DNA of 61,766 nucleotides, the filler included, from Sphacelaria rigidula (lineage: Eukaryota): the NCBI GenBank assembly GCA_964200075.2. It is 5 parts of 5 records of this genome, joined end to end, with 100 filler letters (N's around TTAATTAATTAA, not from the genome) between each part and the next. Parts side by side here need not be neighbours in the genome. Positions count along the whole stretch, not along the records: positions 1 to 12,275 come from CAXNAA020003935.1; positions 12,376 to 24,648 come from CAXNAA020003936.1; 3 more parts are not named here. The stretch is one strand, 5' to 3'. How positions within the stretch are numbered: the stretch's first letter is position 1; each line of letters opens with the position of its first letter. The translations under genes and the position numbers were made by a program. The notes under the pieces were generated by a model. It did not search any database, was not told the DNA's origin, and saw only the letters and a program-made list of their open reading frames with translations. Positions 1 to 12,612 of the stretch are shown piece by piece.

Positions 1-1799
1 GGGACGCAGGGTAGTGTTACTATAGGTCATATCGCGCCTGTACTAAATTATTATCTCCCACATCACGGCTACACTTGGCTTCTATCCACCCTACATCGTA
101 GCCTGACTGATTTACTATCCGAGGAAAACAATGGCCGCCTGAGCACGACCTGGGCTGTACGCTGAACAGCGAACCAAAGGCCAGTCTGCCGAGGCTATGA
201 CGTGTGTAGGGCTGTTGGTTGGCTCGGTTGCCCGTGAAGAGTTGTGGAGATAGTTTATTAAAGCAGGTCAGCCAGTCTGACTGCGGTGATGGAATGGAGT
301 GAGATGATGTGCAAACCACATATCTCATGTCATCAAGTCAAGACTTCACGTATGTAACGTAACGCCTAAATGCGGTGTAACACACTACACGTGTACCCAA
401 CCAGATCACCACACGTCACGCCAATCACTCCTACGTAGATCCTTGTCGTAGACCTTTTCAAAGATACACAATTACATGAACAAGGGCGAGTGGCCCTCAG
501 CTACGAATTAATCGATTGAGAATGATACAAGAATATGTAGCAATCACACAGTGCGTCGCGCGGGGTGCGTATTTACAGAGCGCGGGGGGGCGCCGGTTGA
601 TTTTCTAGCAATTTCAATGGATGCTACCGTGTTGTTGTGGCTTCGAGAGTGTTTCCTATAGTGCCTGCTAGGGCAGCAGAAGAGTAGCAAGGGTGTGCCG
701 TTGTCTATGAGGCTGCAACATACCTTCACTGCTACAGCAGGCTACAGTCAAGGGTATGAAGATGTACACGCAATATGTCCTCGTCCGCCGCGGACAAGAC
801 GCAAGAAGCAAAAATAAATATGACATAACCAACTCACCGCGAATTTTCAACAACCTTGGCACCTGTTGACACTAAGGGCATACTTTAACCGACGCCTTAA
901 AAGCCATGCTTCACGCGTACAAGTGCGGCCTTCTACAACACGGGGAGCAGGGAAAACACCACACCCTGGATTGTAGATTCTACAATAAAAAAATGTACTG
1001 CGCACAGTATAGAATCTATTGTCGGCTGCAATACGTCATAGGCGCAATAATCGATACTGTACGCAGTACACTTTTTGACTGTGTATTCTGTTGTCCAGGG
1101 TGTGGAAAACACACAGGCACCCTCCTTCATCGCCTATTGGTCCCGTATAATGGTTCTAATGGTCGGACGAATAATGACTGGTTTCAATCACCAGATATTC
1201 TACGACTACTGAGGCCTGAGTGCTCGAAAGAAATCAGCAACGTCGACCGCAGGTGAAAAACGTCTCTACGCAAAATTTGCGCTATTCCACGTGCCTGGTG
1301 TGCGTTTACCTGGGGCGCATCTCTGAAAACAAAACCCGAGAATTGATTCGTACTGTACGGACCAATTAGAGTAAAACTCCGTAATTTTCAGGCAAATCAT
1401 TATCCGTCCAACCCTTGAATGGTTCAGTTGAGTGCTCGGCCACTAGCGCAAGACTGTCTTTTGTTGGTTGAGGACGAATGTAAAAAAAACGGTCGTCGGG
1501 GGTCCTACGAGAATACCGCCCCAGGTTCTCGCTGTTTGATTTTTGCGCTCCACAGAACCAATCCCGATTGGTCGTGAATAATTCTATAACTGATGCTTTT
1601 CAAGCTTTTGGCTATCACTGCGTTGCAGCCGCAAAACCGTGTTCATGGAACAAATACGGTTAATACCACCTCCAGTAAAAAAGGGGTTTTGACTCCGTAC
1701 TGCCCGGACAACACAAACATTGGGCAACGTGTTGCGTGAACGACCTACTCTTCCATCAACGTCTATCGAATATCGAAGTTTCGAGTGAAGACAACGAAT

Positions 1800-4700
1800 C
1801 ACCTGCGAAAAAGCTCGCCGTGGGTCCAGCGTTCAAACATTGACTGTGCTGGATACCACAACGCTTTGCGCCGCGCCTCCGGTTCATCAACCTATCTATG
1901 TTTAGCCGTCCGCAGCTGCGGCTTGTGATTCTATCGCTCGTGAAATAGCTACGCAGACGAACTGACCTCGTAGCCAATATATATTAAGCATGCTGACAAG
2001 GCTCCAGCTCCTCCCCAGTAATGTACTCCTGCCGCCGATGAACCCCTGTGAAGAATGGCACGAAAGACGCCTCAGATCCAAGCCACCCACCGGCTCAAAT
2101 TCTGACAAGATACCGCAAGGATAATGCGTTAGACATGGGCTATTGGCTATTGTGTACTACATGTCTCAAGGGATGCTTCCTATTGGCTGAAACCTCACCG
2201 CATCTGACAGTCCCGCGTTCGCTTCTCTTCACATGTGTGTGTGCGCCAGGAGTACACAAAACACGCGCATGGCATTCCCATGGTGTCATTGACGTCGAGC
2301 GATAGCAGTGCAAGTCAGCCTAGTGCGTAAACTTCGTTCTAGTGCCAAATAGCCTGCCAAAACATGCGGCGCGCCACTGCATGTGCAGCCTGTTCGTGGG
2401 TGGTAAGTCTGATACTACCAGCAACAGCACGCGTGAACGTAAGCCTTTGGCACCAAAGACATATACATGAAGAACCGACATATTTCTCATCGGCTTGTAC
2501 CTCTGTATCGTCGGCATATATCCATCATTTTCACGGCTATATCAATCGTTACGCTTTTAGTTCTGCTCGACTCGTAGCTGTCCCTACAACAAAAACGGGT
2601 GCCCGACCGTCTACAAGATTTCGGAACAGTTTTGGTCTCACCGGTATCCACAAGGCCAGGGCTCGCCGTGGTAGTAGCTCGCACCGAGGTGTATCTTCAG
2701 CAGTTGTTTCGACCCGCAAGATTTCGGCTGGGAGATCACTAACATCCTGCTGCGGAGATGACCACGCGAACGGTGCTGGTGTGCTGCCATGTCTGCATCA
2801 TACAGGTAACAACTGACACGAGTACAGCCTACGGTAGGTGACGTTTTTTTGCTCGAATTTTTCCAACAACTTCGTCATTCATCGTGCCGAGCATCGTTCT
2901 GCTGGAGTCATCTTGTCGGGGTGCCCTTCAAATGTTTTCATAGTTCTCTTGCGATGCGTAATTTTTTTCGAAAGAGCAGAGTTGTGGTGTTCGAGACCGA
3001 TGAAGTTAACAAACTCGTTACCCCCAGAGTGTTTATGCTTCGCAAGCTCCGGAACACAGGATGCTTGGATGCTGTGAATGGCCAGCAGGGTGCAATAGTG
3101 CTCAGTTACCTTGCGCTTCTCCACATGTCTGGGATTTTTGACACGTTGATTATGCTAGTGCAATATTTTGTTCTTGTACCCCCGTACAGAGGTAATCGAA
3201 ATCGCGCGCCCTAGCGGCAGTCTAAACGGCTACGAGGCAGAAGCAGTGACGGCCGCTGGTGGACAGCTGCAGCGATTTCTTGAATCTGAAGACGGTCTGC
3301 GTTTGTTGGATAATGGGGGATACGGAGGTGCTACCATGACGGAAGGGGGCTTTTTGGTGCTGCACAGTAGTCGTTACCAAAGTCAGGAAATGGTGGCGCA
3401 TTGTGATGCCTCGGCCGTGACTGATGTAGATGGGTTCAGGGTGGGCGCCTGCTGCTGGACAGTGGTTGGGAACGCCTCGGCACCAAAGAAGGTGATGGAT
3501 GCCGCGTATGTGTGCTTTTCCTTTCGAAAATTTGACCACATTGCGCAGTTTAGGTTAATAAAGTTGAGGTGGCAAAGTTGTGGTGGCAACAAAAATTCGC
3601 TAGTTCGGCCCGTGCTGAATGCACGTGGCGAGTAATGCTGCTGCACACCACACGGCATGTAACGTGGTCATCAACATTGAGCGATGACAGTAGAGTTAGA
3701 ACACAGGCGCAACTCCTCGTGCTGCAGTTTTTCTGCACACCTCCAACCCCTTCTCTTCATCGGAATGACTCCGTGGTGTCAAGGGATCAGCCCGTCTCTC
3801 CCCTGGTACATAATTTGGTATCGCGGACTGAGTCAGTACTTCCGCACCGCATCGGCGCTTGCCATTAAAGACGTTGTCGATACTCACGCTTTCGCGGGCA
3901 TAAATCGGGTAAATGTTTTGATAAGATCAAGTGCATATGCTGGGGATCGAATCCGCATTTTCCAACTTGATGGTGTCAGTTGTACCTTAGTCCATCGGGG
4001 CGTGGCGGAATCTGTACAGTAGTGGTGCCATGGTAGGGATGCATGGAACCAATGAGAAACACCCGGGCCCAAGTGTGCAACCTCAGATAACCTTTGTACT
4101 GAAAAGTTCACCGCTACCGTGGCACCACTCACACCACAAAGCACAAGATGGAAACATTTGGTTCTATTCCGGAAGACGCTACTAGCTCTTGTTCCTGCGT
4201 CCGCCCCCCCCCCCCCCCCCCCCCCTCCTTCTTTGTGCGTGCGTGTCAGGACTCCGTCCCAGAGGACGCGTGTAGANNNNNNNNNNCCCCCCCACCCCAA
4301 AAACCAAAAAAGGAAAAACTTTGTTTTTTTTCCGGAAGACCCCCCTCCCCTTTTTTCCTGCGCCCCCCCCCCCCCCCCCCCCATGTTCGTTAATTGGATG
4401 AATGCGTCCACGATTCTGGCCAAGGAATAGTCTGCATCGAGTGTGCTAGCAGCGGATATGAAGGCAGTGTCGAACGAGATCACACCGGCTGTCGTTCTTC
4501 GGCGGGAAATCGAGGTACCCTGGACTTTTGGCCACTAGCATATGACGTCGCTTCTAGCTATTTATATCAAGCAGATACTTCTACACCAAACATGCCAAAA
4601 AAGGTGGCGGTGTGAAAAACTCAGCTACGTTGAGCGATAGCCAGGAGAGAGTGCTCGGGTGTGGGCTGCGGCATGGTTGGCTGAAGATCATTTGCAGTCG

Positions 4701-4915
4701 TCGATGATGATTCATTTGAAGTTCGTGATTTGATTGCCCGCATATTCGCATTTTCCCAGCGAAGGATCCTCTCAGCGAAGGAAAGTTTGGCTGCTGCTCC
4801 TGTTTCAGGGAACGTGGGTTGTAAGGGCACCATGAACGCGTCAGGTAGACAGAGATTGGGGTACTTCCGATCATTGTCGCGCCCTCGATCACACGTTGTT
4901 GCGCACGACATGTAC
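1800..4915 (-). CDS. Possible multi-exon gene of unknown function, divergent from the GNAT ORF (exon structure unresolved)
   Basis: Minus-strand splice signals flank short open frames: acceptor GGTCGCAG at ~4915 before YMSCATTCDRGRDNDRKYPNLCLPDAFMVPLQPTF, donor GTGAGT at ~3887, ACTGAC branch + TACCAG acceptor at ~3803, donor GCAG|GTGATT at ~1802. No recognisable domain. Confidence 0.25.
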
Positions 4916-4957
4916 TGCGACCAAAAGAGATTGACGATGTAAAGTAGAACGACATGC

Positions 4958-7015
4958 ATGTGTGGTCGTACCAACCAACCTCGATTTTCACTATCAACGC
5001 TCTCCGCATATGCGCCTCATTCCCCTCGTCAGAACCTGGTACCTGTGATATCTACCTTCAAGATTGCCACGACCACGCTGCGGTCCGTACCACGGATTCG
5101 CCGTTCATGCAAACCCTACATGGCCCTGTTGGAGTGGGCTCGGGGGGACAGCGTGTCACATAGAATATCATGTTTGATTGCCCGGCTTCGAGCGAAGGTA
5201 TCCCTAGCAAACGCGAAGATACCTCCGGCAAAAAAGACATCACTCCGGGCAAAAAAAAGCGATGACGACCCGCGGCAGCTCGCCGCTGCCCCGTCTTTTC
5301 CGCGGGAAAAAGCAGAGCAGCGAAACCACGAAATGACAGAAAAATGCGATGCGAGCAACAACGATACAATAGCAAATCCTTTGTTGCTCATGGGCGTTGG
5401 GCAACTTCTCTCCCCGCGAGACTGCGATACGATAATTTCAGAGGCTCGGAGCACAGACGTGGGTGCGTGGCAGACATGGGACGGCGACGTGGGCAGCCTT
5501 GGTATGGAGGGTGCTGCGAGTGTCCAGGTGGTACGTCTTGCTGAGCTATCGGAGGCGCACGCTCTGTGGCAAAAAGGGACTACGCAAGAGAGAGTGCTAG
5601 CGCGAGTGGCGTCGACGTTTGGTGTACAGCAGAGCGGTGTCACGTTGAGCTCAGCTGACGACACCTTCGTGTGCAAAATACAGCCGAAAATGACGGCAGA
5701 GCAAAAGGAAGCAATCAAGGGTAGTAGTCGCAGCGATGGTGTACCAGACATCTCTCTTCTATCGCCAGTGTGCAGCTTTCGACGCAGTGCGTCGTTGGTG
5801 GCCTTTGCCGTAGCGCTCATCCCGGGAAATGAACCAGAATGGGCTCTGTGCTTGGAGCAAGAAGGGCAATGTGTAAGTCCCGTTGGGCAGGGAGCGGGAG
5901 TGATATTTTCTGGAAAACGTCGGCATGCCGTTGTGAACATGGCGCAATCTGTAGCAGCCGCAATAGGCGGTCAGTCACCACCACAGCAGCCCGTTATTTT
6001 TGTCCTTCGTGGGTTCGCGTCGATTCGGGATCCCTCTGTGCGAGAAGACGTGGCTGGGTGGCGATGGGGTTACCCCGCGTGGCACGTGGACGCCAGTTGG
6101 GTCAAGGACGCGGATATTCTCAACCGCGCATGGGCAGGAGGAGAACGGCGTGGGGTGGGGGACGGATTGAACGACTGCTGTGCGGACGCACCGGACAAGA
6201 TACCTATTGGAGCTGCGCCCTCGTCAAGTGGGGTCGGAGGAGACGAGCGATCGTTGTCACCACAATTGCAATGTGGAGATGGGTTGGAAATTCCTGCTGC
6301 AGAGGGTGGAACGGAGAGAGGAGTTGACTTGTCAACGAACGCAACAGCAACACAAGTAGGTGGACGTGTAATGCAGCCCATACGGCGAATGAACAGCACA
6401 CTGGCGCACCGGTACTACAGACAACGCGGGCGCGACGGCATGAACATCCCGCTTGTTGATGGTAACAACCGCCCACTGATTGATTTAGTCCCACAGAAAT
6501 CAAAGGCTTGGTTACGTTGGGGGTGGGGACAAACACGGCAAAAATCACAGGAGGTCACGATCGTTGCGGTTCTGCGCCAAAGATTTCCGATGAAATTCCT
6601 GTGGGGTCGACGACCGTGGGATCGGCGACGACAGGTTGGGAAAGTCGGGCTTTCTTTAGAGCCTGGAACTTCCCGTAGTATGGACGCCACACTGCGGCAG
6701 CTTTTCGGGGGCTCGGAAGAGGAAGGAGCGCGAGAATCGGCGTTTGTGCGTGAGCCGGTACCTCCAATTAAATACGTTTTTGTCGACCCACGATATCGCG
6801 GATTAAGGCTGGGGCGCAGGCTGTTTTTGGAGGCTATGTGCTATTTGGCGCAGCGGGGTTTTAGGTTTGCTTTGATTGTGGTAGAGGATAACGGTACCGG
6901 GGGGTTATTCGGGTTTTACGAAGACATGGGTTTTGTGAAAGCTGAGCATCTCTTGGGGATACCCCGGGCGATGATTGCGCCGATACCACCTCCTCCAGAG
7001 CTACTACAGAGGTAG
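4958..7015 (+). CDS. Degenerate 2OG-Fe(II) oxygenase-like domain fused to a C-terminal GNAT acetyltransferase (likely start ATG 5333, MTEK...)
   Basis: 685-codon open frame, by far the longest in the window. The C-terminus has GNAT motif A (IKYVFVDPRYRGLRLGRRLF) and motif B (VVEDNGTGGLFGFYEDMGF). The N-terminal part (LLSPRDCDTIISEA...W, DDTFVCKIQP, SLVAFAVAL, GQGAGVIFSGKRRHAV, IFVLRGF) follows the order of prolyl/lysyl-hydroxylase-like DSBH motifs. True start uncertain. Confidence 0.75.
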   Translation: MCGRTNQPRFSLSTLSAYAPHSPRQNLVPVISTFKIATTTLRSVPRIRRSCKPYMALLEWARGDSVSHRISCLIARLRAKVSLANAKIPPAKKTSLRAKKSDDDPRQLAAAPSFPREKAEQRNHEMTEKCDASNNDTIANPLLLMGVGQLLSPRDCDTIISEARSTDVGAWQTWDGDVGSLGMEGAASVQVVRLAELSEAHALWQKGTTQERVLARVASTFGVQQSGVTLSSADDTFVCKIQPKMTAEQKEAIKGSSRSDGVPDISLLSPVCSFRRSASLVAFAVALIPGNEPEWALCLEQEGQCVSPVGQGAGVIFSGKRRHAVVNMAQSVAAAIGGQSPPQQPVIFVLRGFASIRDPSVREDVAGWRWGYPAWHVDASWVKDADILNRAWAGGERRGVGDGLNDCCADAPDKIPIGAAPSSSGVGGDERSLSPQLQCGDGLEIPAAEGGTERGVDLSTNATATQVGGRVMQPIRRMNSTLAHRYYRQRGRDGMNIPLVDGNNRPLIDLVPQKSKAWLRWGWGQTRQKSQEVTIVAVLRQRFPMKFLWGRRPWDRRRQVGKVGLSLEPGTSRSMDATLRQLFGGSEEEGARESAFVREPVPPIKYVFVDPRYRGLRLGRRLFLEAMCYLAQRGFRFALIVVEDNGTGGLFGFYEDMGFVKAEHLLGIPRAMIAPIPPPPELLQR

Positions 7016-7319
7016 CCCGAAGTTGCTTTGACAGTTAATGCTAATTCAGTCTAGACTCGGGATCGTTCTTGATTTTGCATTCATTCATCTGGTACCAGAG
7101 GGTCTCCGATTCGCCGTCTGCATGTCCTCAACAATGGGGTATATAGGGGGACCCTTGTCGTTTGCGATCACGTAGTAGGAGTTATTTGAATGGGCTATGC
7201 TCTCCTAAAAACCGCAGATCAAAATACGTATGAGAACAAATGAGTGCGGTAGTCATCGTGCCGTAAGCGTATCGAATATTACCAGCGTATCGACACGCTT
7301 GTGAAATTCGAAATACCCT

Positions 7320-9495
7320 TTTTATGCTACATTTCCATCCGTCTTTGCAAGACTTGCTAGGCCACTTTCACCGCGCACCAATCAACCTGGACCTGCCGCT
7401 GGTAACACCCTTTCATTTTGGTGCATTTTCCTTCTTTACAGTTCACTCGGCAGACAGGTACCGCGTTTCGGAATCTCAGGCAGAGTTTCGGTATCTGACG
7501 TTCGAAGTCAAAAAGTGTGTTGCCTCTTCATGTACGTCTTGATAGATTACAGAGTCGATAACTCGCAACTTCGTTAAGGGAGCATCACTATCGTGTTTCC
7601 GTGCTGATACGTGAGAAAGACCAGGCGCACATGAAACTGATGCCCAAGCTCCGATGAGAAATTGAGTCTCTGTAGGCGAAAATAGAAAGAAGAAACGTGT
7701 CGCTTTATTGACATGGGTGACCGCTTGATCGGTTGACTCGGTAAAGCTTATCTCAGCTCACAGTCGAACCACGCGCCACTCGACGTATTTCTGTGTAGAC
7801 AAGATGATTCCGTGAGCTCTCCCATTTTTTGAGCAGCTGTCGCCTTCTTCTGCGGCATGAGATACTCGATGTTAATCTTCAGCCGACAGGAGAAATGCCG
7901 AATCTGCCGCAGACCCTGATTTGAATACGATCCTGTCACGGTCATGATTATACCCATCTCAGCTCAGAGTGCGACTCTCGCGCCACTCGGTGCATCTCTG
8001 TGTGGGTAAGACAATTTTGTGAGCTCTCGTATGTCTTTTCATTGGTGCATGGACTGTCGCAGTCGCGGATATTGTGGCCTTGAACACTACAGTTGATGCA
8101 ACTGTTGGCATAACTGCTGAAGGCATTGCGTCTAGCGGAAGACGAAATAAGTGGGTTTCACAAATGGGGATCATCGGTAATAAATGCAGCTATCGTCCCC
8201 TGCAGTATGCGAAAATCGAGTATGCGCTTTTTCAGACGACGGGAGAGACGTTGAACCTGCCGAAGATCCTAAATTGTATAGGATTCTGGACTGTAACACT
8301 CATCTTCATGGTGATGGGTCGCCGCCTGATTGATCCATTCCCGAAAGTTGATCTCAGTCCACCGTGTAAACCTCGCGCCACTTGATGTATATCTGTGTAG
8401 AAATCAAAACAGATCACCTAAATCCTCATAATTGTTTTTCGCCCAGGACCTCAAAAATTCGGTCATTAGAGTCCGAATTTGTATGCTGTGATGGGGACAC
8501 GAGGGGTACAACTCTCTTGTGAAACCGCACAACGCAGTGCTCAACTAGGTCGGTCGACAACGAGTGTGTATATGATACATCGTGTTTTTTTTCATCTTTT
8601 TTAGTTCACGCAGTAGGTATGCGTACATTCTGATCAGACAGGAAGCCTGTTCTCCATTGTTTGTAGCTTGATTCTTCTCGTTCATAGTTCTCACTCGTAT
8701 TCACCAAATGAAAAATAGCAATTAAAGCAGAAGAACGTCTTAGCTCTTGGAGTGAGTCGAGGCGGGGAGAACAGTCTCCCCAAGGCCCCTACCCATAACC
8801 GAGGCGTTACCGCTTCTCGCGACTGGGGGACATCTATCTGATTTGCCTACTGGTCAGGCCCGAGATATCAAGATCTCGGGTGACTATATGCTTCAACGGG
8901 AAATCCTTAATCTGCGCAAACTATCTGATCTACGAGTCTGGGAAGGAGATGCTGCAACCACCTCTCCACCTCATGACAATGCCGTGTGGTGGTTGTCAAT
9001 AGCCTGAAGTAGGTAAAGGAATTCAACCATATTTCGAAGACTTGGTATGAACACGAAGATTTTTTTTTCAGGTTATAATGTCAATGAAGAGCTCCATCCT
9101 CAATTTTAATGACCGGCTGTTGAAGGCGGGCAAGTGTCATGTTGGACGCACGTTACCATTTTGTGTCGAGTCATGCTTCACCGCTAGAGTTGTAAAATCG
9201 ATGCATTCAAAAAGCGAGTACAAGATAGATCCGTGTAGATCTTGGTTGAGCCCTCAGACAGCAAGTTATCGAGCCCGAGCCTGAATACGTAAAAAGAGCC
9301 CTTCCGGCAGAACGTCTTGACCTGCTTGCGTTTTGCTGACGTCGCGGTGTGTATTCGGTCGGTGTGCGGTATTGTGTAGTGCATCATGTTGACTTCATCT
9401 CATCATGTTGTTAGCGGGACTCCTTCAAACTGTTGGCCTGGATGTATTTTCTATCGTTGTCGGCATGGTGATGTTGTTGCGTAGTGCGGCATGGT
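7320..9495 (-). pseudogene. Decayed intronless gene with a CCHC zinc knuckle and a thrice-repeated motif (TE- or virus-derived relic)
   Basis: Manual minus-strand translation across stops and frameshifts gives CINCSVQGHNIRDC (8100-8059) and repeats LHRYTSSGARF (~8400), PHRDAPSGARV (~8005) and LHRNTSSGAWF (~7798). AT-rich upstream region at 9495-9620. Confidence 0.5.
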
Positions 9496-10054
9496 ATTTT
9501 TGTTAAACCCTTTTGGAACCCATTGACGATTTTTGTTTTTGTGAAAAGGCATCATTTTGACTTGAAAATGACTGAAAATGATTGATTTGTTTTTTGTCAT
9601 ATATATCTTGATTTTCGTGCTGTTTCCACCGTTGAGTCATCCTACGATAAGAGGGGGGGGGGCGTACTCATTCGTTGCTTGCCTTAGTCGTTCGACCATT
9701 GACCCCGCATTCTTTCGAGACGGATCACTACGATAGGAGGGGGAGGGGGAGGGGGGGTATTTGATTGCACGAAAAAAGAGGCTCATAAATGTGTCAGACG
9801 ACCTGCCACACTCACGGTGCGCTTGGATATGGTTTCAAACGGTGTCAAGCAGTATGAATGAGCGTTCTATATCTAAAACAAGCTTGTTCGAACAACGGTT
9901 GAACCGTTACTGCTTTCAACGACGATTTGACGTGGAATTTCTTGCAAGAAGTGGTCCAAAATAGCCTCCCCCCATATCGCAGGATGACTCCGTGATTGTT
10001 TCTGCTAGGATGCATTCTGCATCGATCTCCTGTATCAAATATAAACAATCATAA

Positions 10055-10654
10055 AACAACGTTTTCGTTAGATTGAGAGTAAGGATACGATTGAGAGTGA
10101 CAAGCGGTCAAGTGATCAATTAAATTGTTTCAGTTCCGAAAGACCCCTTCGGGCCTCACACGAGACCCGAAACGCTTTCTGTAGTAGCCTGCCACTAAAT
10201 CCCTTAATGTACCTGAGGAGGATACCGACGTGTAGCTGTAAGCACACGACAGTAAACAAGGTTTTCGTGAGATTGAGAGTTGGGCGCGGATTGAGAGTGG
10301 CTTTGATCATTCGCTTTAACTTGACCAGTTTTTCATTCCGCGTGTGGTTTTCTATATCTCATTACTGCCATGTGCTTATAGCTACACGTTGATATCCTAC
10401 TCAGGGGTATCGAAGGCCTCAGTGGCAAGCTACTACAGAGAGAATATTGGGCCTGGTGGAGGTGCATTCCGAAACTGAAACGGCTTATTCACTAATTGAC
10501 CGCTTTTCACTCTCAATCATACCACGACAACGTTCTGTTAGTAGTGTTACAGGCAAAGAAAAGCACGCACGAAATGAAAAACTGGTTCAGTCATAGCGAT
10601 TAAACGATACTCTCAAGCGACGCTAGACTCAATCTCACGAAAACACTGTTTGTT
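10055..10654. mobile_element. MITE family A: forward copy interrupted by an inverted copy of the same family (10255-10539)
   Basis: TIR AACAACGTTTTCGTGAGATTGAGAGT...; the inner copy is flanked by AGTA/AGTA (10251-10254, 10540-10543). The outer halves rejoin to match the intact copy at 12902-13201. Confidence 0.8.
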
Positions 10655-11067
10655 ATATTGTTGTCATCTATCAACACTCGCCCGCAACGATTTGATCGTT
10701 CCGCACCACCTTGCCTACTCGAACGTGTGCCTGTGGAGCTAGGGTTGAAAACGCACTATCTAAGGCCAACTCTCGTGGGACAAAATTAAAATCAAACTGT
10801 GGTCAATTTTGATCGCCTTCCTCTTTTTTTTTCGCAATTCTGAGAGAAACAAAAACGTGAAAATTGGCATAAAAAGCGGGAATGCGACAGGATCCTGAAA
10901 AACGGGAACGGCTTCCTGTCATGGGGACGAAAACAAATGGTGCTCGGAATTGTGCAAAATGGTTGATATCCCCAACATGCAACAGCCCGAAAGGCACGAA
11001 ACTAATATTTGCGGCTGTCGCAACAAGTTGCCTAGATGTTGTTTTGGAAACCATTCTCGAACTTCCA

Positions 11068-11323
11068 GAGCAATGCTACGGTAGGGGTACACGTTTTTCG
11101 CGAAATTTTGTCTAGTTCAGGGGCTCCTAACGATTCTGGATGCACAAAAATATGGGTCAGGGCATCCCCGTTTGCAAATCCATCCAGGATCTCCCCAGCA
11201 CATTGGAGAAGTAATCCTGGCGTACTTAGCATATTTTCATAGCTCGTGTGTTGCATGGGATAAAGGGCTCCTAACAATTCTAATCTCAGAAAATATATGT
11301 GCACCTCTACCGTAGCATCACTC
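11068..11323. mobile_element. MITE family C (GAG...CTC termini, 4-bp TSD; Sola-like)
   Basis: TIRs GAGCAATGCTACGGTAGGGGTACAC / GTGCACCTCTACCGTAGCATCACTC, flanked by TCCA/TCCA. Homologous copy at 26756-27015. Confidence 0.8.
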
Positions 11324-12275
11324 TCCATCAAACTCGACTCCTCTCCCCACGACCACAAAAAGAGGGAAAATGTACATGGAACATTTGTACGTAGTCCGAA
11401 ATAAAAACTTGTAGGCATACACCTGCACACACAGCGTTTATCATCCCTTCTGTGTGCACTTGGTTTCAGTGGAGACCATTATGTTCGGCTTGTTGTTCCA
11501 AATATGAGAAGTCGACACACACGCGCGACCCCGGGAGGTAGGGTTTGACCCACGCGCTCGTAAAATGTGTGCCTCTTCAGGCACATCTGTATGCAAGTGT
11601 GTGGTATATGATGGTGCATTCATCCATCATGCTATCCCTCGTACTTCATCCAGCCAATCGCACTAGTTTCTCGATCGGCCAGCAGACTCCTCAAGGTCTG
11701 CGAATGTCGCGGCCATGTTCAATGATCGTAACTTGAAGGGAAAAAAAAGTGAAGAACAACACGCTAACGTCTCTCATTGACGTTGCATGACAACGACAAT
11801 AACGCTTTGTAAATTACGTATATTTTTGTTGATGATGATCTATCTACCTTCAGCGGGAAAACACACATTGCTAATCCTTCGCCAAAAATCAATGCTCGCA
11901 ACACTCTTATCTTGTACCGAAACAAACTGGTCGCCCGTTAGGCTTGGACTGCATTCACCAATACCCACAGAATCACACACTAGATATATGGCGTGTGTCC
12001 ACAATCACATATTTGTACAGTGGCAACGCCCACTATGAGGTATCGAAATCGATTATCTACTTAATTCACCCCCCCACCCCACCCCCCGGGAGCATCTCTG
12101 CGGTAGTTGCTGCTTCGTCTCGAAAGGGAAACGTTGTTAATGGTGAAAACGAGTAAGGCAAGCAACAGCAAATGAGTATCCCCTCCCCCCCTCCCTTCTC
12201 GGGTGTAACCTAAGGACGCAGCGGAACTAGCTACCGAAGGAACGCAACTATCTCCCGAAAGACGGGGGCTCCTCC

Positions 12276-12375
12276 NNNNNNNNNNNNNNNNNNNNNNNNN
12301 NNNNNNNNNNNNNNNNNNNTTAATTAATTAANNNNNNNNNNNNNNNNNNNNNNNNNNNNNNNNNNNNNNNNNNNN
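12276..12375. other. Artificial contig linker (N44-TTAATTAATTAA-N44)
   Basis: Stop codons in all six frames embedded in Ns; identical at four positions spaced exactly 12373 nt apart. Confidence 0.97.
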
Positions 12376-12490
12376 AACAAATGACTACGCCCCCCCCCTC
12401 CCCTCCCCTCCCCTCCCCTCCCTTCCCCCGTCCCCATCACCATCTTCCGGCCCCCCCCCCGCCCCCGCCGCCCCCCCCCCCGCCTTGTAG

Positions 12491-12612
12491 CTACGGTGGA
12501 TATGATCCCGGCAGTGATGACTGACGTGGTGCGACTGTTGAAGCACGATAGGGAGCTTGTGCGAAAAAAAGCTGTCATGGCTCTTCACAGGATGAACCAG
12601 ATGGACCCCGAT
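12491..12612 (+). CDS. AP4E1: AP-4 epsilon exon (TVDMIPAV...NQMDPD)
   Basis: ttgtag| acceptor, |gtgaga donor. Confidence 0.9.

Noticed and set aside
5116..5940. 274-aa minus-strand ORF
   Set aside because: Antisense shadow of the GC-rich GNAT-fusion CDS
7320..9495. Fanzor/TnpB nuclease
   Set aside because: No RuvC motifs (D-P-G, E, RD.N) or TDG motif seen in manual translation
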